Source: Parcubacteria group bacterium Gr01-1014_8 (GTDB taxonomy: Bacteria; Patescibacteriota; Minisyncoccia; Phycocordibacterales; UBA2100). Taken from it: a stretch of DNA of 64,000 bases. The notes beneath the pieces are model-generated. The model saw only the letters and a program-made list of their open reading frames with translations, had not been told where the DNA came from and did no database searches. Below, in pieces: positions 1-8,775 of this stretch. Position numbers and translations under genes: made by a program. Every line of letters begins with the position of its first letter. Position 1 is the stretch's first letter. The DNA is taken from the NCBI GenBank assembly GCA_007376385.1, contig VMGC01000001.1:64001-128000 (forward strand). Reading direction: 5' to 3'.

Positions 1-194
1 TTTTTTGACATTTCTCATACCCTATTCCCTAGTTTCTATTACAGTGCTATACTCGCTTGTACACCATTAATATTTCGTATGAATTTCAACCTTGCTAGCT
101 GCCTTGCACCCGAAACGAGCGTATCGATGTTTTTGCTTCTATAACTGCTGATGATGCTTCAGTAACTAATGCGTTTTGAGTAGGTGCAGACAGC

Positions 195-1745
195 GTGTGG
201 GGAATCCTTACACGTATGTCACTAAAATTAATTCTCGCGCTCCTAGCGCTCTCAGGGATCTTGGGAGTGGGATTCGGGTATTTCCTTCGCTGGATAATCA
301 GTCTCGGAAAACGCGGTTCGATGGAGTTGGAGATAAAGCAGATGATGCTGAACGCGCAAGAGCGCTCACAGAAAATCACAGAAGAAGCAGAAAATCGTGC
401 AAAAGAAAAAGAGGAGCAGCAAACGAGCGACTATAAAGAACGCGAGCGTGACCTGAAACAGACCGAAGAGAGGCTTATCCGAAAGGAGGAGCTTTTGGAT
501 AAGAGACAGACAAACCTCGAAGTCGAGCAAGAATCGCTAAATTCGAAAACAGAAGAGGTACAGAAAGTAAAAGCTCTTGCGGAAGAGGCAGTGCGTGCGC
601 AGCAAGAAAAACTCGAGTCGGTTGCAAAACTTTCCGTAGACGAGGCAAAGGTAGAACTCATAAAGGCGATCGAGAAACGATATGAAAGTGACATCGAGGG
701 TCGCATGCACAAGCTTGAGATCGCAGGAAATGAAAAGTTGGAGCAGCGAGCAAAGGAAATTCTTACGACAGCCGTTCACCGACTCGGTAATTCTGTCGTT
801 TCTGATGTTCTAGCGACAACGGTTAGTCTTCCCAATGACGACATTAAAGGAAAAATAATCGGAAAAGAGGGACGAAACATCCGTTCTTTCGAACGCGCGA
901 CCGGTGTCGACGTTATCATCGACGACACGCCGGGGACCATTACACTTTCGTGTTACGACCCCATCCGAAGACAGATCGCGCGCATCGCGCTCGAGAACTT
1001 AATCCTCGATGGACGCATCCAACCTGCAAAGATCGAGGAAGCAGTGCAGAAAGCCGAATCCGAGATCAATGCGATCATCAAGAAAAAAGGAACCGAAGCC
1101 GCGTACGAAGCTCGTGTGCCGAACGTTGACCCGAAACTCCTAATGATCCTCGGGCGTCTATATTTCCGCACCAGCTATGGACAGAACGTGCTCGACCACT
1201 CGGTTGAAGTGGCTCACCTCGCAGGCATGCTCGCCGAGCAGCTCGGTGCAGACCCAGGCATTGCTCGCGCCGGCGCACTCTTTCACGATGTCGGTAAAGC
1301 GCTCGACCATGAGGTACCTGGCACGCACGTTGAGATCGGCAGACGTATCTTGCAGAAATTCGGCATGGATGAGCGGGTAGTAAAAGCAATGCAGGCCCAC
1401 CATGAAGAATACCCATACGAGACACCCGAATCGATGATAGTGCAGGTTGCCGACGCAATTTCTGGAGGCAGACCCGGCGCTCGCCGTGATTCAGTCGAGA
1501 ATTACATCAAGAGACTTGAAGAACTTGAGGCACTCGCCAAGCAACATCCGGGAGTTGAGAAGAGCTTTGCGATCTCGGCTGGCCGTGAAATCCGTGTCAT
1601 CGTTAAGCCGGAAGATATTTCCGACCTTGACGCCCGTAAACTAGCTCGCGATATCGCCGACCAAATAGAGAAAGAATTGCAATATCCCGGTGAAATAAAA
1701 GTCTCCGTAATTCGGGAGACCCGCGTTATCGAGTACGCGAGATAA
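195..1745 (+). CDS. rny: Ribonuclease Y (N-terminal TM anchor, coiled coil, KH and HD domains)
   Basis: 516-aa ORF with N-terminal hydrophobic segment, a long charged coiled-coil, a KH-like GKEGRNIRSFE segment and HD motif (HDVGK...H). This is the typical RNase Y architecture. The start may be the downstream Met (MSLKLIL). Confidence 0.88.
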   Translation: MWGILTRMSLKLILALLALSGILGVGFGYFLRWIISLGKRGSMELEIKQMMLNAQERSQKITEEAENRAKEKEEQQTSDYKERERDLKQTEERLIRKEELLDKRQTNLEVEQESLNSKTEEVQKVKALAEEAVRAQQEKLESVAKLSVDEAKVELIKAIEKRYESDIEGRMHKLEIAGNEKLEQRAKEILTTAVHRLGNSVVSDVLATTVSLPNDDIKGKIIGKEGRNIRSFERATGVDVIIDDTPGTITLSCYDPIRRQIARIALENLILDGRIQPAKIEEAVQKAESEINAIIKKKGTEAAYEARVPNVDPKLLMILGRLYFRTSYGQNVLDHSVEVAHLAGMLAEQLGADPGIARAGALFHDVGKALDHEVPGTHVEIGRRILQKFGMDERVVKAMQAHHEEYPYETPESMIVQVADAISGGRPGARRDSVENYIKRLEELEALAKQHPGVEKSFAISAGREIRVIVKPEDISDLDARKLARDIADQIEKELQYPGEIKVSVIRETRVIEYAR

Positions 1746-1995
1746 TTCTCTTTACGAGCTCTCTTGCTCACCCTACAATCGTCCCATGATAACGGACGAG
1801 TTCGGCAGTGGACCGCCTACTGACGTCGGTGCAAAAATAGAGAAGATCGAGGGCAACGTCGTTCATACTAGTGTCGGCACATTCACCAGATTTACCGACG
1901 ACGACATTAAAAAGATGGCGGATAGCGTCCGCGTACCCTATACGATGGTCCATCTCACCCCAATGTTCGACCTTGTGCACTTCAAGCCTTAGAGT

Positions 1996-2559
1996 CTAAA
2001 CCTTTTCAGCCGCAATGAAACTCGTGTAGTTGAACTTGGAGTCCTGAATCGATTCCTCAAGTATTTTCAGCTTATACATATGTGCCGCAGCGTGTGATGC
2101 GATGACGGCAGTAGATCCTGATAACTTCCCTTCTGAGAGGTCCTCGGCGGCTTTCGCCGTGTCTTCATATTCCCGAACCTTTACTTTTGGCCATCGCCGC
2201 TTCAAATACATTTTGCATTGCTTTAACGCCTGCTCATGAGACGTAATAACCTTGATGGCATGTGCTGCCACCCCCTTCTTGACCAATAGATTATGATGTA
2301 TGTCTATCTCGAAGAGCTTTTTTATTGAAAACTTGTGCCGCGTCATCGCATAAATCGTCTCGAGAACTACGCCGCCGTTCGAATTCTCAATCGGGAATAT
2401 AGCGAGGTCTATAGCACCTTTTTCCAGGCTAGACAGGACGTTTTCAGCAGAAATCAGATAGGCAATACTGTATTTTTTCAGATTTCCGAACTTTCTTGCA
2501 TACACCCTCGCCGCCTCTTCAGAGAAACTCCCCTTGGCTCCCATCACGCCGATTTTCAT
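1996..2559 (-). CDS. pheA: Prephenate dehydratase (PDT catalytic domain) protein
   Basis: 187-aa ORF with PDT-domain hallmarks (IGVMGAKGSFSEEAA ... IENSNGGVV ... TSHEQALKQC). It is shorter than bifunctional PheA, with no clear ACT domain. Confidence 0.62.
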   Translation of the reverse strand: MKIGVMGAKGSFSEEAARVYARKFGNLKKYSIAYLISAENVLSSLEKGAIDLAIFPIENSNGGVVLETIYAMTRHKFSIKKLFEIDIHHNLLVKKGVAAHAIKVITSHEQALKQCKMYLKRRWPKVKVREYEDTAKAAEDLSEGKLSGSTAVIASHAAAHMYKLKILEESIQDSKFNYTSFIAAEKV

Positions 2560-2739
2560 TTAGCTGATACTATCTCGTGCTCATTCTTTCCGCAACCAAA
2601 AAAGACCGAGAATACGCCACATTATTGAGAAACGCGCAAATATGTGGAAATGTTGGGTTAGGCATTGACACCCCGAAATTCGGGCTCAAAATGGTCCAAG
2701 TCGGTCGATATTAACCGCAAAACAAGTCGTTAATTACAT

Positions 2740-3015
2740 ATGGCAAATAAAATGGATCTGGTCGACCGAGTACATTCGACCATTGGCGGCACTAAGGCCG
2801 ACGCAGAACGTGCAGTTGAAGCAATAATCGCTGCAGTCACCGAGTGGCTCAAAAAAGGCGAAGAGGTTTCTGTTGCGGGCCTCGGCATATTTGAAGCCAA
2901 GACGCGAGCAGGCCGAACAGGTCGTAACCCGCGCACAGGCGCAACAATTCAGATAAAAGCGATGCGAGTCCCGAAATTCCGCGCATCCAAGACCTTGAAG
3001 GACGCAATTAAATAG
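2740..3015 (+). CDS. hup: DNA-binding protein HU
   Basis: 91 aa. MNK-DLV... GFGIFE...R.GRNPRTG motif; canonical HU/IHF fold signature. Confidence 0.9.
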   Translation: MANKMDLVDRVHSTIGGTKADAERAVEAIIAAVTEWLKKGEEVSVAGLGIFEAKTRAGRTGRNPRTGATIQIKAMRVPKFRASKTLKDAIK

Positions 3016-3035
3016 TTTTTCAGAAGTTAAGAGCA

Positions 3036-3060
3036 AAAACCCGCGCAGCGGGTTTTTGTG
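3036..3060 (+). terminator. Rho-independent terminator after hup
   Basis: GC hairpin acccgc-gca-gcgggt followed by tttttgtg; preceded by an A-run, so possibly bidirectional. Confidence 0.7.
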
Positions 3061-3189
3061 TGGGTCAAAGATTTCGTGTAAAGTGTCTCGATACACTCAC
3101 GTGTGCGAGCACGCGACTGGACAATGACCGCCGAAGCGCGCTCTTTTGTGGGCTTGAAGCCCTCTGTTGTTCAGGCTATGGTGGGCAGC

Positions 3190-3260
3190 GCGGGATTCGT
3201 TTAATGGTAGGACATCAGTTTTCCAAACTGAGGACGGGAGTTCGATTCTCCCATCCCGCA
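3190..3260 (+). tRNA. tRNA-Gly(UCC)
   Basis: Cloverleaf read by eye: acceptor GCGGGAT/ATCCCGC, anticodon stem tcagt/actga with loop tt-TCC-aa, T-arm GGGAGTTCGATTCTCCC, discriminator A. The 3' CCA is not encoded (followed by caaa). Confidence 0.85.
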
Positions 3261-3266
3261 CAAAGT

Positions 3267-4442
3267 ATGAGTCCTCGAATATATGAGATTCTCTCCAACA
3301 TAGGAGCGCTAGGATTCCTTGTCATTGTAGTCCTTTTTCTTGTGGACCCGAGAGGTCTCACGACTCGCATTTCTGCGGTCAATACAGGATCTCAAGGAGA
3401 ACGTAACGTACTGGCTCCAGAAATTCAGCGGATCGGAACAAGCACAACAGAGGAGGGCAAAAAAGTGCCTCAAAGTGAGGACATTATCAGTATCGCTGAT
3501 ATAGTCCCTTCAATAAAATCTGCTGAAGAACAAAAGCAAGGCAACGATGAAGTCACTCGAATCATCGATCCGTATCCTCTCCCTCAGCACGATGCATCGT
3601 TCCTCAATCAGGAAGCAAGGTCAGCTCTTATCAACATTCTGTGCGAGAGCGGCAACTCTTCTCTTAAATCTATAAGCGGCAGCGGTGTCATCGTTGATCC
3701 GCGCGGTATAATCATCACAAATGCGCACGTTGCACAATACGTGCTCCTCTCGAACCACTCCAACGCGGACGTAACATGCAAAATTCGCGTTGGTTCCCCC
3801 GCCAGAGCTATGTGGTATCCAGAAATTGTCTTTTTTCCAAGCAAATGGATATCGAAACATGCCTCAAGCATCGTCGAATCAAGCCCCGTAGGGACCGGAG
3901 AACACGACTACGCGATTCTCCGCATAGCGAGAACGATAGATGGCACCCCTCTCCCAAATACATTCCACTATCTCCCAATAGACACACGCGAAGGCATAGG
4001 CTTTGCAGGCGACCCCATACTGATAGCAGCATACCCAGCTGAATTTGGCGGCAGCGCGGCGGCACGTGATTCATTGTATGCATCTACAGTCTTTACGAAT
4101 ATTAAGCAAATGCTGACCTTCAGTGAAAAGCTTGTGGACACAATATCTCTGGGTGGCACAGTTCTTGCGCAAAGCGGCTCCTCCGGCGGAGCAGTCATCA
4201 ATTATTGGGGCCACCTCATCGGCATCGTCTCAACAACAAGCGAAGGAGAGACGACCCAAACTCGCGACTTACGGGCCATTACGACTGCCCACATAGATAG
4301 GAGTGTTCGCGACCATACCGGGATGAGTCTGACTTCCCTGCTCTCGCAGGATCCCCAAGCCTTCGCACAAGAATTCTCCTCAGAGGCAAAAGTACTCGCA
4401 GGAATTCTGGTCGAAGAGGTAACGAAAAAACAAGCACCGTAG
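3267..4442 (+). CDS. Membrane-anchored trypsin-like (S1/HtrA-like) serine protease, no PDZ seen
   Basis: The ORF-track start (3060) runs through the tRNA-Gly gene, so the first ATG after the tRNA (3267, MSPRIYEIL...) is used. It has an N-terminal TM helix, a His region (ITNAHV), GDPIL and a catalytic-Ser motif GSSGGAV typical of chymotrypsin-fold proteases. Confidence 0.68.
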   Translation: MSPRIYEILSNIGALGFLVIVVLFLVDPRGLTTRISAVNTGSQGERNVLAPEIQRIGTSTTEEGKKVPQSEDIISIADIVPSIKSAEEQKQGNDEVTRIIDPYPLPQHDASFLNQEARSALINILCESGNSSLKSISGSGVIVDPRGIIITNAHVAQYVLLSNHSNADVTCKIRVGSPARAMWYPEIVFFPSKWISKHASSIVESSPVGTGEHDYAILRIARTIDGTPLPNTFHYLPIDTREGIGFAGDPILIAAYPAEFGGSAAARDSLYASTVFTNIKQMLTFSEKLVDTISLGGTVLAQSGSSGGAVINYWGHLIGIVSTTSEGETTQTRDLRAITTAHIDRSVRDHTGMSLTSLLSQDPQAFAQEFSSEAKVLAGILVEEVTKKQAP

Positions 4443-4472
4443 AGCCCACCGGACCTAAAGAGATTTTCTCTG

Positions 4473-4543
4473 TCGGGGCGCTGGGAATCGAACCCAGTCT
4501 ACTTGCTCCCAAAGCAAGCGTACTACCGGTATACGACGCCCCG
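4473..4543 (-). tRNA. tRNA-Pro(UGG)
   Basis: On the minus strand: acceptor CGGGGCG/CGCCCCG, anticodon stem CTTGC/GCAAG with loop tt-TGG-ga, T-arm CTGGGTTCGATTCCCAG, discriminator A. CCA is not encoded. Confidence 0.8.
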
Positions 4544-4666
4544 ACAAAACAAACCTCTATTGAATTAGTTTACAAATATTTAACATGCCTATCGCATCCT
4601 AACATAATATTAATAAAGGACACATTTAAATATATCGCGTCCGTTATGATGTCCTATCAAATATCG

Positions 4667-5059
4667 TTACATAATTTGTTCAAACAACCGGCAGCGTGCT
4701 GTTCGTTTCTTTTCGTCAACAAAAACTCCAACAGCGTCTATTTGAAATTCGCGTGAATCGTTTTTCTCATTCATGTATAACTCCGCAGTTCGCGAGATTT
4801 TTTGCAGCTTGACTGGATGGATCTGTTCCTCCGGTCGATAATTCCCCTTTTCACGTGAAATGTCCAAGTTGCTTTCACGTGAAAGAGCCTTCACCTCAAC
4901 AAAATGGATAATATTCTGTTTCTCGGCAATTATGTCTATTTCTCCCCATGGTTTCCTATAATTTCGTTCGACAATCTTATATCCCTTCCTCTCTAAAAAT
5001 ATACTTGCGATTCTCTCGCCGATTTGACCGACTCTTGTTCTTTTGCTGCTAATACCCAT
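4667..5059 (-). CDS. yraN: YraN-family (UPF0102) endonuclease
   Basis: 130 aa; GE.IA...GEIDIIA...FVEVKA motif pattern of UPF0102/YraN restriction-endonuclease-like fold. Confidence 0.78.
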   Translation of the reverse strand: MGISSKRTRVGQIGERIASIFLERKGYKIVERNYRKPWGEIDIIAEKQNIIHFVEVKALSRESNLDISREKGNYRPEEQIHPVKLQKISRTAELYMNEKNDSREFQIDAVGVFVDEKKRTARCRLFEQIM

Positions 5060-5223
5060 GTTTTCACGTGAAATACGTTACTTAAGTACCATTTGTGCTA
5101 TTTTTCTCAAAAACAAAGGACAAAGGACGTATAAATATGTCCTTTATCCACATATCAACATGCTTTTCCACAGCTTCAACATAATTAAGGCGGGAATCGA
5201 ACTCCCGTCGATTACAATAAATC

Positions 5224-5928
5224 TTGATGCGAACTGATAGGCAACTAGCCATAAAGATGAGATCTGAAGGAAAAAGCTACGCAGAGATTTTTCATGAGTT
5301 AAAAATCCCAAGGAGCACACTATCGGGTTGGCTTGGCAATCTCGACTGGTCTACACACATAAAGAAAAGACTGAGCATATTGTCTAACGTCAATAGTACT
5401 ATACGTCTTCGAGAACTAAACAGAATTCGAGGACTTCATTTGATTAGGGTGTACGAACAGGCGAAAAAAGAGGCTGGGGATGAATTTAAGCGTTTCAGAT
5501 ACCATCCTCTATTTATTTCCGGTGTCATGCTCTACTGGGGGGAGGGCGACAAAAGATCCCGTCACCATACGCGACTTATCAATACTGATCCCGAAATGAT
5601 AAAGCTTTTCAGCCTTTTTTTAAGACAGTTATGTAGAATACCTGATCAGAAAATCAAAGCTGCGCTTACTATCTATCCAGATCTAGACGAAAAAGAATGC
5701 CGAAAATATTGGTCCTGGAAATCTGGCATTGATGAGACCAACTTCACTAAGTCCATGATCATCCAAGGACGCCATAAGACCAATAGGCTTTCGTACGGAA
5801 TGTGTACGATACTCGTGACAAGTACCTATTTAAAAGTAAAAATGCTCGAGTGGCTGCAAACGTTACCACAGGAATTGATGAAGCGACAATATTATGAGAG
5901 TATAGGCCGCGAAGCGGATATGGTTTAG
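5224..5928 (+). CDS. Hypothetical protein with N-terminal HTH (resolvase/Hin-like helix-turn-helix)
   Basis: 234 aa; N-terminus KSYAEIFHELKIPRSTLSGWL resembles an HTH_23/Hin-type HTH; the rest is unrecognised. A weak LAGLIDADG-like stretch (LYWGEGDK) is not convincing. The 3' end overlaps tRNA-Gly(GCC) by 15 nt. Confidence 0.4.
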   Translation: MMRTDRQLAIKMRSEGKSYAEIFHELKIPRSTLSGWLGNLDWSTHIKKRLSILSNVNSTIRLRELNRIRGLHLIRVYEQAKKEAGDEFKRFRYHPLFISGVMLYWGEGDKRSRHHTRLINTDPEMIKLFSLFLRQLCRIPDQKIKAALTIYPDLDEKECRKYWSWKSGIDETNFTKSMIIQGRHKTNRLSYGMCTILVTSTYLKVKMLEWLQTLPQELMKRQYYESIGREADMV

Positions 5929-5984
5929 TGGTAGAACGGTACCTTGCCAAGGTACAGATCGGGGTTCGATTCCCCGTATCCGCA
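5914..5984 (+). tRNA. tRNA-Gly(GCC)
   Basis: Acceptor GCGGATA/TATCCGC, anticodon stem gtacc/ggtac with loop tt-GCC-aa, T-arm CGGGGTTCGATTCCCCG, discriminator A; CCA not encoded. Confidence 0.85.
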
Positions 5985-5995
5985 CACGATGCGAT

Positions 5996-6067
5996 TGCTC
6001 CCGCCAGGATTCGAACCTGGAACGTCAGTTCCGAAGACTGATGTGATATCCATTTCACCACAGGAGC
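5996..6067 (-). tRNA. tRNA-Arg(UCG)
   Basis: On the minus strand: acceptor GCTCCTG/CGGGAGC, anticodon stem TCAGT/ACTGA with loop ct-TCG-ga, T-arm CCAGGTTCGAATCCTGG, discriminator A; CCA not encoded. Confidence 0.78.
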
Positions 6068-6119
6068 GTGAGACCCATCATACAGCCCATTTATGTCTGC
6101 ACAATGCTAGAATCTGCAC

Positions 6120-7589
6120 ATGAATAAGGTTCTTCTTTCCGTACCGCAGGAAGTGACTAACCTCCATTCACGTCTCAAAGGAGCTGGTTTTGAGGCCTAT
6201 TTGGTCGGAGGGTGCGTTCGTGACGTTATAGCAGGTAGAATCCCCAAAGATTGGGATATTACAACCAATGCAAAGCCGCAGGAGATCCAAGCGCTTTTTG
6301 AAGAAACATTTTACGAGAACGAATACGGAACTGTCGGTGTCGTTACTGGATCTGATGATCCCAGACTAAAAGTAGTCGAGATTACGCCGTATCGTATAGA
6401 GGGAAAATACTCCAACGCACGCCACCCGGATGAAGTAAAATTCAGCGATACCCTTGAAGATGACCTGAAAAGACGTGATTTCACCATCAATGCTATCGCA
6501 TACGAACCGGACACGGGGGAATTGGTCGACCTGCATGGGGGAAAGAGCGATCTTGAGCGGAAGATCATTGCAACCGTGGGAAATTCGGATGAGCGATTCG
6601 CCGAAGATGCCCTGCGCATGCTTCGCGCGATCCGACTTTCCGCAGAATTGGATTTTGCTATCGATACAAAGACAGCAAGCGGTATCGCGAACAACGCGTC
6701 ACATTTGGCAAAGATATCGAGGGAACGTGTCAGAGATGAGTTGATAAAGATCCTGGAGAGCAACCGACCCATGCAAGCGCTTTATGTGGCTCAAAAATTG
6801 GGTATTTTGAAATACATCATTCCAGAGCTAGAAGAGGGAATTGGCGCTTCTCAAAACCAAGCCCACTCGTACGATGTGTTTGAGCATTCATTGCGGACTC
6901 TACAGCACGCTGCTGACAAGAAATGGCCGCTCGATGTGCGAGTTGGAGCACTCTTGCACGACATAGGTAAACCTGCGACGCGGCAATGGTCTGATGAGAA
7001 AAAAGATTGGACATTTTACGGACACGACGTCGTCGGAGCTAGGATAGCAAAAAGAATTCTCATTGACCTTCGATTTCCGAAAGAACTTATTGAGCGCGTA
7101 CATACCCTTGTGCGTTGGCATATGTTCTTTTCAGACCCAGATAAGATAACACTCTCTGCAGTCAGACGTGTCATAAATAGGGTAGGTACTGATAACATCA
7201 TGGACCTTCTTAATCTGCGCGTCTGCGACCGCATAGGGACTGGCAGACCGAAAGAGCATCCATTTCGCCTGCGCAAATACATGTCGATGGTAGATGAAGC
7301 AATGCGCGATCCTGTATCGGTCTCTATGCTGAAGATCGACGGCGAAGGAATCATTACATTAGGAGAAAGACCTGGACCCCGCATTGGTTGGATTCTGCAT
7401 GCACTTCTTGAAGAGGTACTGGACGACCCCACAAAAAATACCCGCGAATATCTTGAAACACGCTCAAAAGAGATGATGAAATTACCTGAACCTCAATTGC
7501 AAGAGATCGGCGAAAAGGGAAAGGAACGAAAGACGGAAGAAGACGAAGCCGCTATTCAAAAACTAAGAGAAAAACACCACGTACACTAG
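6120..7589 (+). CDS. cca: CCA-adding tRNA nucleotidyltransferase with C-terminal HD domain
   Basis: 489 aa; N-terminal polymerase-beta-like nucleotidyltransferase motif (GGCVRD...DWDI.T) and head/neck region, then an HD motif (HDIGK). Consistent with the tRNAs here lacking encoded CCA. Confidence 0.82.
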   Translation: MNKVLLSVPQEVTNLHSRLKGAGFEAYLVGGCVRDVIAGRIPKDWDITTNAKPQEIQALFEETFYENEYGTVGVVTGSDDPRLKVVEITPYRIEGKYSNARHPDEVKFSDTLEDDLKRRDFTINAIAYEPDTGELVDLHGGKSDLERKIIATVGNSDERFAEDALRMLRAIRLSAELDFAIDTKTASGIANNASHLAKISRERVRDELIKILESNRPMQALYVAQKLGILKYIIPELEEGIGASQNQAHSYDVFEHSLRTLQHAADKKWPLDVRVGALLHDIGKPATRQWSDEKKDWTFYGHDVVGARIAKRILIDLRFPKELIERVHTLVRWHMFFSDPDKITLSAVRRVINRVGTDNIMDLLNLRVCDRIGTGRPKEHPFRLRKYMSMVDEAMRDPVSVSMLKIDGEGIITLGERPGPRIGWILHALLEEVLDDPTKNTREYLETRSKEMMKLPEPQLQEIGEKGKERKTEEDEAAIQKLREKHHVH

Positions 7590-7603
7590 AGTCATAGAAA
7601 GGT

Positions 7604-7680
7604 TAAACCCCGCTTCACTCAGCGAATAAGTCACTCTTTTTCTGGACTTATCCGCAGTTGTAAAGCGGGGTTCAGTGGAT
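7604..7680. other. Long imperfect hairpin (about 75 nt) immediately after cca stop
   Basis: Outer 10-bp stem aaccccgctt/aagcggggtt, inner stem gcgaataagtc/gacttatccgc with one mismatch, 12-nt loop. Function unknown; could be a bidirectional terminator or a structured RNA. Confidence 0.4.
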
Positions 7681-7716
7681 ACGAGGTATCCACAGTTATG
7701 TAGTTTTCCAGAGATT

Positions 7717-7751
7717 GGTACCTATAAGGATAAGCGAACGGTACTTTTTTT
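7717..7751 (+). terminator. Possible weak intrinsic terminator
   Basis: ggtacc ... ggtact stem (6 bp, large loop) followed by T7 run; weak. Confidence 0.3.
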
Positions 7752-7943
7752 CACATTTGGGCCCTCAATGAGAAGCCACGTTTTGGTGAGTGTACCTGCT
7801 ACCTTGGACCTAAAAGAACTTGGAAAACCGAAGGAAAGGTATGAACCTATCCTCTGTCCTAAAGAATACATGGCTTATGGACACTGTAAAGGACATGCTG
7901 TGGATAATCTTGGCTCATTTTCGACATAATATCCTATCGGACA

Positions 7944-8741
7944 TTACTTCAATTCCAGAGAAATCGGGCAGTGATCGGAGCCAAATATGTCAGGATGAAT
8001 TTCTGCTTTGTGGATTCTTGACGCAAGAGATTTTGAAACAAAAAAATAATCTATGCGCCAACCAACATTACGCGCACGCGCATTTCCGAAGTGGCTCCAC
8101 CACGTATAGAACCCTTTTCCTTTGTGCTCGAGCCTGAACGAGTCTATAAATCCGGCGTCGACCAACATTTGGATACCCTCGCGCTCCTCTTTGGTGAATC
8201 CGTGCTCGCCCTCGTTAGCCTTGGGATTGGCCAAATCATCCTCCGTGTGTGCTACGTTCAGGTCTCCCGTAAAAATGACAGGTTTTTTCTTCTCTAGCTG
8301 TTTTATATAGGACAGAAACGCAGGGTCCCAGTGCTTATGCCGCAACGCCAATCGGCTCAAATCCGGTTTCGCATTGGGCGTATACACGTTCACAAGAAAA
8401 AAATCCTTGAATTCCGCGGCCATAACGCGGCCCTCGGCGTTCGGATCCCCGTATCCGTCACCTGATAACTTGAACTTCTTAGCTATTTCCTCAGGAAGTC
8501 CGAGTAAAAGGCCCAGAGGCTTAACTTTCGTAAAAATGGCTGTGCCGGCGTACCCTTTCTTCCTTGTTGAAGAGTTCCAGTACTCCTCGTACTCTGGCAA
8601 GTCGATTACAGCCTGTCCCTTCTCTGCCTTAGTCTCTTGGAGGCAAATAATGTCTGGTTTCAGAGCTCGGACAAAGGGCACAAAAAGCTCCTTTCTATGG
8701 ACAGCTCGCAGTCCATTCACATTCCATGAAACCAGTTTCAT
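7944..8741 (-). CDS. xth: Exodeoxyribonuclease III (AP endonuclease, EEP family)
   Basis: 265 aa; MKLVSWNVNGLRA ... QETK ... GDLNVAH ... SDHCPI motifs of ExoIII/Xth. Confidence 0.9.
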   Translation of the reverse strand: MKLVSWNVNGLRAVHRKELFVPFVRALKPDIICLQETKAEKGQAVIDLPEYEEYWNSSTRKKGYAGTAIFTKVKPLGLLLGLPEEIAKKFKLSGDGYGDPNAEGRVMAAEFKDFFLVNVYTPNAKPDLSRLALRHKHWDPAFLSYIKQLEKKKPVIFTGDLNVAHTEDDLANPKANEGEHGFTKEEREGIQMLVDAGFIDSFRLEHKGKGFYTWWSHFGNARARNVGWRIDYFFVSKSLASRIHKAEIHPDIFGSDHCPISLELK

Positions 8742-8775
8742 GACAAAACACTAACACACCACATCACAGATTGAT

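Noticed and set aside
2664-2700. TTGACA -35 upstream of hup as a defined promoter
   Set aside because: No convincing -10 hexamer at 16-19 nt spacing (aaaatg only), so it is not reported as a feature.
3060-3266. 5' extension of ORF 3060..4442
   Set aside because: It reads through a well-formed tRNA-Gly(UCC). The translated extension (…CASTRLDNDRRSALFCGLEALCCSGYGG…) is not protein-like, and a Met plus TM helix begins right after the tRNA.
5189-5207. tRNA-like T-arm/acceptor fragment (CGGGAGTTCGATTCCCGCC on minus strand) as a full tRNA gene
   Set aside because: No matching 5' acceptor strand, D-arm or anticodon arm could be built. The T-loop would need a noncanonical G54. It is treated only as a possible relic.
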